Positions 24,801 through 35,724 are shown, numbered from the whole stretch's first letter. The stretch is DNA of 63,883 nucleotides, filler included, from Choristocarpus tenellus KU-1152 (GCA_964200185.2; 10 parts of 10 records of this genome joined end to end with filler, not necessarily neighbours in it), one strand, 5' to 3'. Numbers and translations are program-made. Notes: generated by a model not told the origin, from the sequence alone.

Positions 24801-27800
24801 AGGAACAGTGAAGAACCAATAGGCCTTGAAATCCAAACCAACACCTTGGATTTCAAAAGATATAAAATTATTCCAGCAAGGTACTCCACTGAACACTAAA
24901 GCTCTAGCCTTCTCCTGCCATACCTGACCTCTGCTACTTGCCTTGCTCATGGAAGTCATCAACGCGGTTCTCCTCATTTTAGCTAGTCTTATCCTCCTTG
25001 CAGTGGATGAGAAGCGTTCCACCAATTCCTGCACTCACCCCCCGGTATTGAGTGCTACTTGGTTAGGGTGCTACAATGACTGTGTTCTTTCCTGGGATAG
25101 TTGCTGCATTGATTTGGTCACTGTAATCAAATTGTGTGTAAGGGCCAGGGTTACATGGACAAAGTCTCTTTCAAAAACCAGAGCACTATAGTTGTTTGTG
25201 GCCTGCGTTCAAAGGACTGCAAGAAATATGGACGGCCCCTTCAATTTGTGCTCTCCCTCTCCCTCTCCCCTTCACCAGGGTCTGCCCATATGTACCAAGA
25301 TCATTCATCCTTCTCCCTAATCCTTATATTTCTTCCCTCATCCCTCTCATCTCTACCCCTAATCCTATTCCCGCCCTAGCACTAACCTTAGGTGTACCAT
25401 ATCCCTATCCCTAGCATTCCTATTTCTCCGACTCTTCTACGTTCACCTGGGGATCCAGCTCCCCATCCCCGTCCTTGTCAATGGAGCGCATGAGGTTCTT
25501 AATCTGCTGTTCAGTAACGCCCAATCTCAGCTTGTTGATGCATGAACGGAATTCATCCATAGAAACAGTTCCATCCCGATCTTTGTCCATAGTACGGATT
25601 GTGTCTATGAGACGGCTACGATTCTTCAAGAGCTTGTTCAGGAGACGCTCCTCAGCCTCTTCTTCTGTCCCCTCTGCCTGTATTATAGTGCACATACGCA
25701 ATTTAGGAGGGGGGTTCTGCAGCGGCCTATTGAGGCAATTTCTTGTTTAGATACACAGAACAGCAGTAGAGATGGTGCAATGTCTTTTTTTGTCTATCTT
25801 CAATGGTTTTCAGGTCTTCCACTAGGTGTAATAGACTAAAATGAATCAGCAAATCAATGGTTGAACATTGGTGCCCATTGCAAATGGATAAACACCAGAG
25901 ACATAATAAGATCCAAAGAGATGCCACAGCATACTATCAAGTCCCTTTGAGGAAGACCTTTTTTCTCAATTATTTTTATGCTTTTTCTATGGTACCTCTT
26001 GAGAGATTCTCTAAATCTTCACTCAGGCTCAAAGTATCTTGGGGGGAGGGAGGGGTCTACACCAAGGTGTCTATTCGGGCCTTGACCAGGAGAAGTCAAC
26101 TTTCATTATCCATCCGACACATGCAGCCAAATCACCCAAAAGTCGATTCAAAGTGTCTTAGAGGGTACAGCCGTGTCCGTTTGGGGACCAAAATCCAATG
26201 TACGATTTTGATGTTATTTTGGCTATTGTGTTTGTTAGGAAGTGTCAATATCCTTGTTCTGGCCACACCTTTTCATAACATATATATATTTCCTACTCTG
26301 AAACCTTTTGGAGTAGGAAAATGTCATTAAAAACCCATGGGGGAAGCCAAGCTCCAAATGGACAAACTGGGCAAAACTTGTATCCTTGTTAAGAATATGC
26401 TTTTTATTCATGTGTAAAAGATGATCTCGTGGGAGAAACATTGAGTTGTTGAACTATTGTTGGGTAACGGGATAATTGATAGTAAAGTCTTTGTCAGGTG
26501 ACTACGAAAATATTAGGGTTAGGGTTATTATAGTACAAGAAGAAGAATCCTAGAAAAGGAATGTTGTAGAGAGTAACATAGCAAGTAACACAGATTGAGT
26601 GACAAGTTATTAGTAATCAGTGACAAGCGAAAGGTTTATCGCCCCCCTTCTTGAATGATATATCTCACTCCAACTTTCTACCTCCTACAACATAACTGAG
26701 AAGGAATTAATCTACATATTTCAATATCAAGACTTGGGATTCTACACATTCTTTAACAACTCTCTAACATACTTTCACTCATCGCGACATGGAAACATGA
26801 GCCCCAAATGGACAGTCACCCCCCCTCCCAGATACTTTGAGCATCAAAGCTCTTATTACTCACCCTGTCGTGAGCAGATTGTGAGGCCCACAAAGAGGCC
26901 AGAAGAGCCCATAACTCATTGGATATTAGACCATGTCGCACAACGTGTAAAAGGGCCATTGCTCTCCCAATAATGACACCGAATCCCTTTACCTAAAGAG
27001 GGGATACATCGGCAAACGCGCAAAAAAAGGAAGAAAAAGAAGAATTAGGGCAGCCAATGGAAGTGAGTTTCCCTGACCCTTTGACCTTGATCCCGAGCAG
27101 TGTCCCGCTTTCGTAAGGACAGCTTCCAATTCTTACCCTCTGCAGTCTCTTTTACCACCCAACCACCCTGCCTGTGACATCATGCCTGTTTGTATCCGAG
27201 CCAAAGTATCTTAGAGGGTAGAGCCGCGTCCATTTGGGGGTCAAAATCCAGTGATGCGATTTCGATGTAATCTTGGTTACCGTGTTTGTTAGGAAGTGTC
27301 ATTATCCTTGTTCCGGACACACCTTTTCATAACGTATTCATTTACCTACTCCGAAATATTTTGGAGTAGAAAAATGTCATAAAACTCCCGAGGGAAGCTT
27401 AACCCCAAATGGACAAACAGGGCAAAACTCGTACCCTCTTAGATACTTTCACTCATCCTCCCATTTTCATCTACAGTAGCTACATACTACTGAATGTATG
27501 TAGCTACTGTAGAGTACACGCCGCATCTCATGAAATACGCCATACTAGTTCTGTTACTTGTAGGAATGGATCATGTTACTGATACCGCCCTCTTGTGAAA
27601 TTCTCTACTGGATATTGGTGAAGAGCACGTCCTGAATGAAACTTGCTCAACTACAGCTCAAGGGCACCTGGCCTGTGTCTTGCCTTGTGTCTCACACAAG
27701 CCGAATGGAGACAGTGATGCCAGTAAGGGTCAATCTTCATGGTGGTATACATGGCACAGGTGGAAGGTGACTACAACAACCAGAAGCCAGAGGCAACAAA

Positions 27801-28523
27801 CCGAGGAAAAAGCATGATCATACATATATCTACAGGAGTGCCAGGTTTGACAAGACTTCCAATTGATCATAAATGAGGGTAAAATAAATACAGCATACCT
27901 TTTTGCCCCCTCGTAGGTAGAATGGAACCAAGGATATATCATCAACTTCCATTGTTTGTGGTGTCAATGTTTCTGGATGCCGAGTAGGCTGCTCCTGAAA
28001 CTCTTCAGCTCTTTTCCTGCTGCACCCTCCACCATTCTCCGCTCTCTTATTCTCCTCCTGGTTGCTCTGTGGTCCAACTCTGCACTCATTAGCCCTCGGA
28101 CTAGTTTCATCCCTTTTGGAATATACTTGGGCTCCAACATCTGTTCCTTGCCATGTTTGCTTGTCCCCTTTCAGTCCATCTCTATTCCTTCCTTCGTCCT
28201 CGTCTTGCTCAAATTCTTCCCCAAACACTTCTTCACTATCAAAGTCTTCATCCTCATAGATCGAACTATTTCCCCCTGATGTAGATGCTACATCCTTGAT
28301 TGTCTCAACACTATCTTGTGCTATAGACTCCCCATGGAAGCTGTGATGCTCGGCTAAGTGAACGGTAGGGCATGGTGTGCTGGTAGAGTGCGGACTACAC
28401 TCGTGTTCATCCTTGTTCACAGAGTTGCTCAAGTTGAATAGGACTTCAGAACCTCCATCCACCTTTGCTGCCTGCTCTGCAGCCAATACAGATGCTTCTG
28501 TTGGGTGGTTACCAGTCTCCAAG
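9869..28523 (-). CDS. Large NPHP3/NACHT-associated helical-domain-like protein with an EF-hand pair and a C-terminal coiled coil (partial)
   Basis: Exons 28523-27899, 26992-26864, 25677-25447, 25028-24924, 23958-23806, 20218-20048, 19085-18952, [unresolved small exon], 17585-17431, 16944-16821, 16259-16155, 15814-15441 (GC donor), 15179-15062, 14335-14204, [unresolved], 11911-11767, 11032-10911, 9995-9869. Motifs LLHVVRHGLISNELWALL, LREVTFHRY, RRCEELPWHL..W..L...LVDL..F and ELMLYWKLL occur in the order recalled for the post-NTPase region of NPHP3-type proteins. Confidence 0.75.
10115..10330. repeat. Near-perfect tandem duplication (2 x ~108 bp)
   Basis: aaacaatggtaaatctagagga...tcatattttcata repeated at 10115 and 10223; intronic. 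Confidence 0.9.
12408..12664 (-). mobile_element. MITE family A
   Basis: gagtgaaagtatcttagagggta...taccctctaagatactttgactc; flanks ctgt/ttgt. Confidence 0.9.
14712..14970 (+). mobile_element. MITE family A
   Basis: Both TIRs present; TSD tga. Confidence 0.9.
16373..16628 (-). mobile_element. MITE family A
   Basis: Both TIRs present; TSD aat. Confidence 0.9.
17136..17389 (-). mobile_element. MITE family A, subfamily B
   Basis: aagcatttaagagggtagg...ctaccctcttaaatgctt; TSD gca. Confidence 0.85.
17660..17914 (-). mobile_element. MITE family A
   Basis: Both TIRs present; flanks ggtt/agtt. Confidence 0.9.
21493..21741 (+). mobile_element. MITE family A, subfamily B
   Basis: gacccagcgcatttaagagggtagg...ctaccctcttaaatgctttgggtc; TSD aat. 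Confidence 0.85.
22249..22431 (-). mobile_element. MITE family C
   Basis: Reverse-oriented homolog of 10-186; TSD tgt. Confidence 0.8.
22432..23000 (+). pseudogene. Degenerate Ty1/Copia gag relic (intronic)
   Basis: Frameshifted, stop-ridden translation ...AFIALKSLFAP...LDYIKERKKVRE...ELERMARQIY...LRCFNCGKF ends in a partial CX2C zinc knuckle. Confidence 0.5.
23168..23264 (+). mobile_element. MITE family A, 3' half
   Basis: gagtaggaaaatgtcat...taccctctaagatactttcactc. Confidence 0.8.
25447..25677 (-). CDS. EF-hand pair exon of the 9869-28523 gene
   Basis: Canonical loops DKDRDGTVSMDE and DKDGDGELDPQ|E, with Glu12 supplied by the next exon at 25028; tacag acceptor and gtgaac donor; phase 0-0. 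Confidence 0.88.
26145..26780 (+). mobile_element. MITE family A interrupted by a solo LTR
   Basis: Body 26145-26386; right TIR remnant ctctaacatactttcactc ends at 26780; flanks gtc/atc. Confidence 0.8.
26387..26758. mobile_element. Solo LTR
   Basis: tgttaaga...tctttaaca; 5-bp flanks atcct/actct both derive from MITE-consensus accct; homolog of 6476-6863. Confidence 0.8.
27198..27454 (+). mobile_element. MITE family A
   Basis: Both TIRs present; 4-bp TSD atcc. Confidence 0.92.
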
Positions 28524-29721
28524 CTAGTAGATCAGTACACGGAAAGAAAAAAAACAGAAGAGCAATTGAAGCAATCCAAGCAAGAATCATCAGCAATTGA
28601 AGCTATTGGAGGCAACTGAGCTGCTTGACTTACCACACAGTACGCCTTCTATATAATGATCGTCTATCCCAGCAGCTGGATAGGTAGGAGAGGCGATAAG
28701 AGGCACGAGCACATGGGATGATTGCAAGGGCAGCTAACTCAACCTATAGTCAACAGATTGACAACCTGATCGTGTGCAGCGGCTCTGAGGAGGAGCTAGA
28801 AAAAATACATTTTTTCTATCTTTCTGGGTAGTAGCACAAAACTATGCGAGCAACTTCCTTGCCACAGATTGGTGCTTGTAGTGTACAGGTAGTAAATTGA
28901 TATTTGTGCGATTGATGTCAACCAGCAGGGTTTTATAGACCAAAACCATAAAATGTACAACTCCATCTGTATCTCACTCTCCCCCTGATGAAGCATTAGT
29001 CAAGAATAAGAATTTGGGAGCTGCTTGCACTGTACAAACCAGCAGAATTGCCAAATGAGATCCACAAACATCCCTCCAAGAGACCCAACGTATCTGGGGG
29101 GNNNNNNNNNNNNNNNNNNNNNNNNNNNNNNNNNNNNNNNNNNNNTTAATTAATTAANNNNNNNNNNNNNNNNNNNNNNNNNNNNNNNNNNNNNNNNNNN
29201 NAATTTCAAGACTCTTGTGTCTTTAGTTTTCATAGAGGAGGCAATCACCGTGATGGATTTTTTTTTTTTTTCCGATGACAACATGTTGGGTAAACAAAAT
29301 ACCAGGTCACATAAATGTCATGAACGATGGAGTACTGCAGTGTATCACTTGCTAAGTCGAATTCACTGGCAAATGCAAGATTTATAGTTGTTAAATGTCC
29401 TTCTCATTGCTTGTCTGTCGTGAATTGATGATACAAACGAACTCCACGACACGATTTTTCTGAGAAGGAACATAGTGAGAGGTGATGATCAACGGATAAA
29501 GAAAAAAAGAATAATAAAAGGGTCTAATGGTGTGCCTGTCTGCAAACACGAATTGTTGAAGGTCTGATGGAGAAGCGCCTGAGAGGCTTACTGTACGACC
29601 AAAGCGCATGAGGGACTTTGAGCAGTTAGCAAAAGGGCTTCGACTGTATGGCCTCCATTTCCATGACAATGCTTCCCTCATGAAGACAGACCTTCAGGAC
29701 ATGCTCTAAAGCGGAAGGTTG

Positions 29722-29752
<31 letters not shown>

Positions 29753-31277
29753 GCATAGCTTGAACGAAACAAAAACTTGATCAAGGCTCCATCTACTCTA
29801 CTCTATGGAATGGGGGGAGCAAAGAGGGGAGGCGGATAGGTTGGAAGAACTGACTTGATCAATTAATTGCAAGGTAGTCTGTGGGGAGACCACATGTCCT
29901 TATCTGTCTCGAAGATCGATCGCTAATTCCACGCGGTGTACTACCCCCTGAGGTATCTACTGGTAGATAGATTTCAAGAACTGTTTAGAGATCATGTCCC
30001 AAGATTGTGTGTGCTGAGCACCGTGATATATATAATTATATATATATAATTTTTGGTTCACTTTTGTTGCGGTCTAAGGGACTTTCATGGATTTTTCTGT
30101 CTTCATGTATCCCTTTTTGTTTTTTTTGTCGTTCGTGTTCCAATTTTATTTTTTTTGGCTCGCTTTTTCCTGACAATTTCCTGACAAAGACTTGCACCGG
30201 TAGAGAGCAGTTGATGGAGTAAATTTTTACCTGCTGTTGTGCGACACAGGCAAGCATGGGTGTTGGTTGTCAAGATTGGTCAGTGCTGGCTTGGTGGTTG
30301 ACCGTACTCAGCACTGCTTCCTGTTTGTTGGAGAGTGTCACCTTCAACGAATTCAATTGTCAGATATAATTTCTTCAGAGTGTGTACTAATTCGCAGTGG
30401 TTTCTTGTGTGTTTTAGGATCTCTGTTATTCTCAGCACCACATCACATAACAGGCTTTGAAAGTTTTGAATGAAAATAATACAATCTTAACCATAGAGAA
30501 ATCCTGGCAGAGTCCTTGTGTACAGATGCATGGTGATTTTTTTCCCATGGTGAGAGTACAGTTCAGGTATAGTTAACAACATTAGTTAACAAAATTCATT
30601 GGTGATTTGCGCGGACTTGGACTTTAGTGGTTCTCCGCCAGGTCAGACCCTTGTATTTTGTTCTTGGACATAGAGAACTTTCCACCTGAGTATTTGTAAG
30701 TCGAATAAGGCTCCAATGAGACTGTACGCAACACCTAACCCTAACCCCTCCCTTAAGATCGCAAGAAGAGTTCGTATTGTGCACCTGACCTCAACACTAA
30801 TCACTAATAGATGTAGGACAGACTGAATGAAATTGGGGAGTGGGCAGACTGGCCTTGGGAAGGACCCACATGGTGGACATTGGATTGAGAGGGACATGTG
30901 ATAGGAGTTGGGAGGATGGCGGAAGGCAGTAGGGAGGGGATGGTGAGCATGATGTTATCAATGGAGCATTCCACGGCAACAAACAGGACATGTATTGAAT
31001 AAAACATCTACAGTATGTTTTTCTTGAGTCTGAAAGGGTATGCAACGTAAGACTTGTGAGATTTGCGGTCGACAGCTGGAGTATATACAGTGCAGAGTCT
31101 ATGAAAAAGGAGGATGTTGATGTGTATATGTACTTCTTCGATTTTTTCTGAGGGAGAACTCAGTGGCTAATTCGAACTGTGACTGATAGCAAACAATCTT
31201 GTGTTGTGATCAGGTGCTTGGCACATGTGGAAAGGAAGTATCTCCCTGGTGGCATTCACCTCATCAGCTACTCTCAC

Positions 31278-31448
31278 CATTTTCATTTCAGTTACAACTT
31301 CTAAAACGCCCCCATCAACAAATGATGAATTTGATGGTGAGATGTTGTAGATATCATGTTCACAATCAATTGTCGAAAAGGAATAAGGCAGATGTCTTTC
31401 TCGAAGAACTCTTGTATTCCCGTCTAAGGCCATTGGAGGAATATTCAC
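31278..31448 (-). CDS. Probable exon of an unknown gene
   Basis: ttttcgtgcag acceptor, gtgaga donor, open phase-0 frame VNIPPMALDG...VVTEMKM; another candidate exon near 32438-32582 was not firmly linked. Confidence 0.4.
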
Positions 31449-31701
31449 CTGCACGAAAAATGGTTGTCACAGAGGTGCTCTTGCCTAAACTCTTCTGGTG
31501 GTGTTGAGTTTCCTCTATCCAGCACCATAAGCATTGTCATTGGGGTACTGGTGCTCCTACTGCTCTGAGTGTATCTACTACCAGGTCATCCAACAGCATG
31601 GGGCAAAGTCTTGATGCCGATGCTCACATCCGTCCCCCTCTATTCAACTCCACAACTTGCAGACATCAATCACTATATGGGTAAATATTGATTTGTGACA
31701 T

Positions 31702-31967
31702 GAGCCAAAGCATTTTAGAGGGGGTAGAGCCGCGTCTGTTTGGGGGTTAAAATCCACTGTTGCGATTTTGATGTAATTTTGGCTATCGTGTTCGTTAGGA
31801 AGTGTCAGTATCCTTGTTCTGGACACATCTTTTCATAACGTATACATTTTTCCTACTCTGAAACATTTTCGAGTAGGAAAATATCATGAAAAAACCCCCA
31901 TGAGAAGTCAAGCCCCAAATGGATGAACAGGGCAAACCTCGTACCCTCCTCTAAGATACTTTCACTC
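31702..31967 (+). mobile_element. MITE family A
   Basis: Both TIRs present; 4-bp TSD acat. Confidence 0.9.
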
Positions 31968-32920
31968 ACATACCTTTGGTAGCTATGGTGGTGAAGAATC
32001 TGCCAGGAGTACTTGGGAGGCAGGGAACACATACAAGCTGAACTTTTTGGCCCAGATACCCCAGGGATCCTGATGTGATGTTGGCAGCACAGGGTAAGCA
32101 GGGCGTCTGTGGGTAGGGCAATCACATCGTGTTTGTTGTGCAGACTCAAAATATTGCAATGCAATCACGCCACTGGCATAATTGACAACTCCCATTTGGT
32201 AAATACTATTTGTCCTATTCTTAACCCTCAGGCTTCTGCAATGTTGTCTGTGCCTACAGCACCGAAAATGGATCAAATGGAAAGAAATTCTCCGTAGTTT
32301 ACCAAGACAAGGAAGAGATCATCTCAGCAACAGTTAGACTAGAACAAATGTCATCTCTTGAGCAAAGTCTACCCTACCGAGGCCTAGCCCAAACTCCATA
32401 TGCACCATCAATGCAGTTTGTAGAACACAACTCTTGCCTGACGAGTGATTCGGCACTGCTCTGGGTAAGGGTTAAGGCTATCAGCGCTGCGAATAGTGTA
32501 GTGGACATCCAGAACACATGAACCGGGCATGGGGATGTCAAAGGCAGCAAAACTGTGTCGAGGCTCCCAACAGATAGAAGGCTGCATCCCCACCCTTGTT
32601 CTCATGTGAGGTTCATTCTTCTCCTCTATGTAGTATCTGTGCTTGTGTACATATATTATTAGAATGAATATGGAATTATCATTATTAGAAAGAAAATTTA
32701 GGGCGGGCGTTAAACAATGCAAATGCTTTGAATCTGATTTTTTTTTTCTTTGTCTGGGGAAGGACAGAGGCGACTGGAGCAAGGTGATGCTTGGTATGTC
32801 ATCTAGCTATACCCTTGATTGCATCACTCAGGTCATGTTGGTCAAAGGCAACGGTCTTTCGGAATGGTGTTGCCTTGATATAGAAATGAAGAGATGCCAT
32901 TGATTCAGGGTGTCATTTCA

Positions 32921-33098
32921 GAGTCAAAGTATCTTAGAGGGTAAAGTCGCGTCTGTTTTGGGGGCAAAAATCATATGTTGCGATTTTGATTTAACTTTGG
33001 CTATCGTGTTTGTTAGGAAGTGTCACTGTCCTTGTTCCGGACACATCGTTTATAAAAATGTATACATTTGACCTACTCCGAAACATTTCGGAGTAGGT
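32921..33098 (+). mobile_element. MITE family A, truncated by contig end
   Basis: Left TIR through the central palindrome acctactccgaaacatttcggagtaggt. Confidence 0.85.
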
Positions 33099-33394
33099 NN
33101 NNNNNNNNNNNNNNNNNNNNNNNNNNNNNNNNNNNNNNNNNNTTAATTAATTAANNNNNNNNNNNNNNNNNNNNNNNNNNNNNNNNNNNNNNNNNNNNCC
33201 CTAATGGTGCGGTTTCGTTTTTTTCAACCCCCTTCCTCTTCCCCCCCCCCCCCCCCCCTCCACCCCCCCATCCCCCTTCCACTCCTCAATTCTTACGCTT
33301 TTATGTGAAGGTATAGTAAGAATAATATTGCTTACCCGAGTGCGGCAATTGGTCTCTTTTGTTGGTGCTCTTTTACAATGATGTCATCTGTTGG

Positions 33395-33638
33395 TGTATG
33401 TGATAATTTGATGTGATATTTGTGTGCAATTGTTGTATGGAATAATTGTATGTGATACTTGCATGGAATAATTGTGTGTGATAGTTGTGTGTGATAGTTG
33501 TATGCAATAATTGTATGTGATACCTGCATGCAATAATTGTGTGTGATAATTTTATGTGATATTTGTGTGTGATAGTTGTATGCAATAATTGTATGTGATA
33601 CTTGCATGCAATAATTGTGTGTGATAATTTTATGTGAT
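33395..33638. repeat. Degenerate minisatellite (~12-bp units, ~78-bp higher order)
   Basis: Recurring gtgtgtgataatt / gtatgtgatac / atgcaataatt. Confidence 0.85.
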
Positions 33639-34157
33639 TCCCCTCACTCTGCAGGTCAAATCATTGGTCCCTCTTTGGTTTTGGTGATATTTTTGGTGAT
33701 CTTTAATGATTGTGCGACTAGGTGTTGAAATTAAAACCGTTACCTCAGTCAGAATTCATTAAGTGAAGTTTTTCAATGATCTACCCTCCAGAAAGTAGGT
33801 GATACCCTCTCCTTAGTTACAATCATGGCTCCCTCTGTATCTTGGTGCTCTTTTGTGATGACCTCGCCTGAAGGTGTACCTTATATTATGTAGTTTTTAC
33901 TATTTGTCTCATAGGTGAAGCCATTTACTCTCTTTCATGTCCATACTCTTGTACCATCTTGTTGAAGGGTGTAACTGATGTAACTGATACTTCTCTGTGA
34001 CCGTAGTTGTTGCTCTCTACACCATTCTCAAAGCGCTCTCACGTTATTTATTTGTATTATTATTGATCTCTGGGATTCAATACAATTGTTTGGAGAATGT
34101 GCTGTTCAGTGTGTGATTCTATTGCGATGCATTTCCCCCACCATTCGTACATACATA

Positions 34158-34194
<37 letters not shown>

Positions 34195-34809
34195 TATTAT
34201 TATTATTATTATTGAACTTGAAGCCAGTCTAGAGATACATTCTTTTTTTTTGCAAGGGTGATGCCATGTGCAGGCACATATTTTCAACTTTTGCTGCTTC
34301 CACATCTGTTTTTTTTTTTAAACTATTTTTACCATTTGTGTTGATAACATGGCCACTGCAAATCAATTTTTTATTTGGATAAATTCTTTGACCCTAACAC
34401 TGGCGTTGCTCTTGCAACCTCCGTTGATTGGTACTTTTGATGTTTGTACTATTACATTATTATATGCAGTTTTGTGAAGAGATTTTTTTGTTTGGAATGG
34501 TCTTGGGCTTAGGGTTAGGGTTGGGGTTGGGGTTGGGGTTAGTGAAGGAAAATGTCACATTAAAGCAGTTTGGTCTATCCTGCCTATACCTGCATCCCTG
34601 TGAGACATTATCATGGTCCTCTCATACACATGTTTAAAGTATCTAGTCCTCTTGTGCCAAGGCATGTATCAAATAGACTGCTCTATGGATACTCAAATGA
34701 TTCATCTGGTTTATATATAGTCTGGACAATTACGCATGCAACCTATGTATGGCCATCTTATCCTTTTTGAGATGGCATCACATCCTCTGTCCAGTAACAG
34801 GATAAACTT

Positions 34810-35158
34810 GGATGAATGTCGCAATTTAGATGAACATGATAAATTTGGGTTAATGTGACCAATTCAATGAACATGACCAATTAGATGAACGTGACAAACT
34901 CAATGAACATGACCAATTAGATGAACATGACGAACTCAATGAATATGACCAATTAGATGAACATGACAAACTCAATGAACATGACCAATTAGATGAACAT
35001 GGCAAATTCAACGATCATGACCAATTCAATGAACACAACACACAACATGATAAATTTTGATGAATGTGACCAATTCAATGATCATGATAAATTAGGTAAA
35101 CATGGCAAATCCAATGATATTGACAAATTTCAATGACCATGATAAATTCATTGAACAC
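34810..35158. repeat. 18-bp minisatellite (36-bp dimer)
   Basis: Alternating ttagatgaacatgacaaa / ctcaatgaacatgaccaa units. Confidence 0.9.
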
Positions 35159-35724
35159 TTTCTGTGTGGACTGCCACTGTGTTTTATCCCCTCTTCCCCT
35201 TCACCCGGCCCCATTTTCCTGAACCATGCCCATGTGTGTGGAGTTGCATATTTGATATCTTGTGATTTGACAACCAATGTAGCATGTAATGACCATGTGC
35301 TGTGATTTGAAGGCAAATTTATAATATTTATTAATATCTGTATTATGATCAAATTTATAATTATATTTGTATTGTTATCACTGCAGTTGTTAGTCCTGTT
35401 CACCCTCCTCCTCAAAAAAAAAAGGTACTAACAGGGACCACCACGCAAAAAAAAAGGTCATTTCCTGTCTCAACGACCCTTATTATTTCTACACTCAATG
35501 ATTATTATTATTATTATATATACACCCAATCCCCAACTTCCCCAAAACTCTGTCGTCAACTCACCCTAACCCTAACCCATTTGATTAGTGTAGTATTATA
35601 GAAACCAGAGTACCACTTGCCTGAGAGACCCCCCCCCCCCCCCCCCCCCCCCCCCAACCACCTCCTGACACACACATGTTTCATCATATTGACACATATT
35701 GTTGTGCTTATTTTGACTTCCAAG

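Larger units (their letters stand above)
26026..26843 (+). mobile_element. MITE family C interrupted by MITE A and a solo LTR
   Basis: Left part 26026-26144, right part 26781-26843; TSD tca. Confidence 0.8.

Noticed and set aside
34810-35158. CRISPR-like array
   Set aside because: Contiguous tandem units without unique spacers, eukaryotic context, no cas genes.
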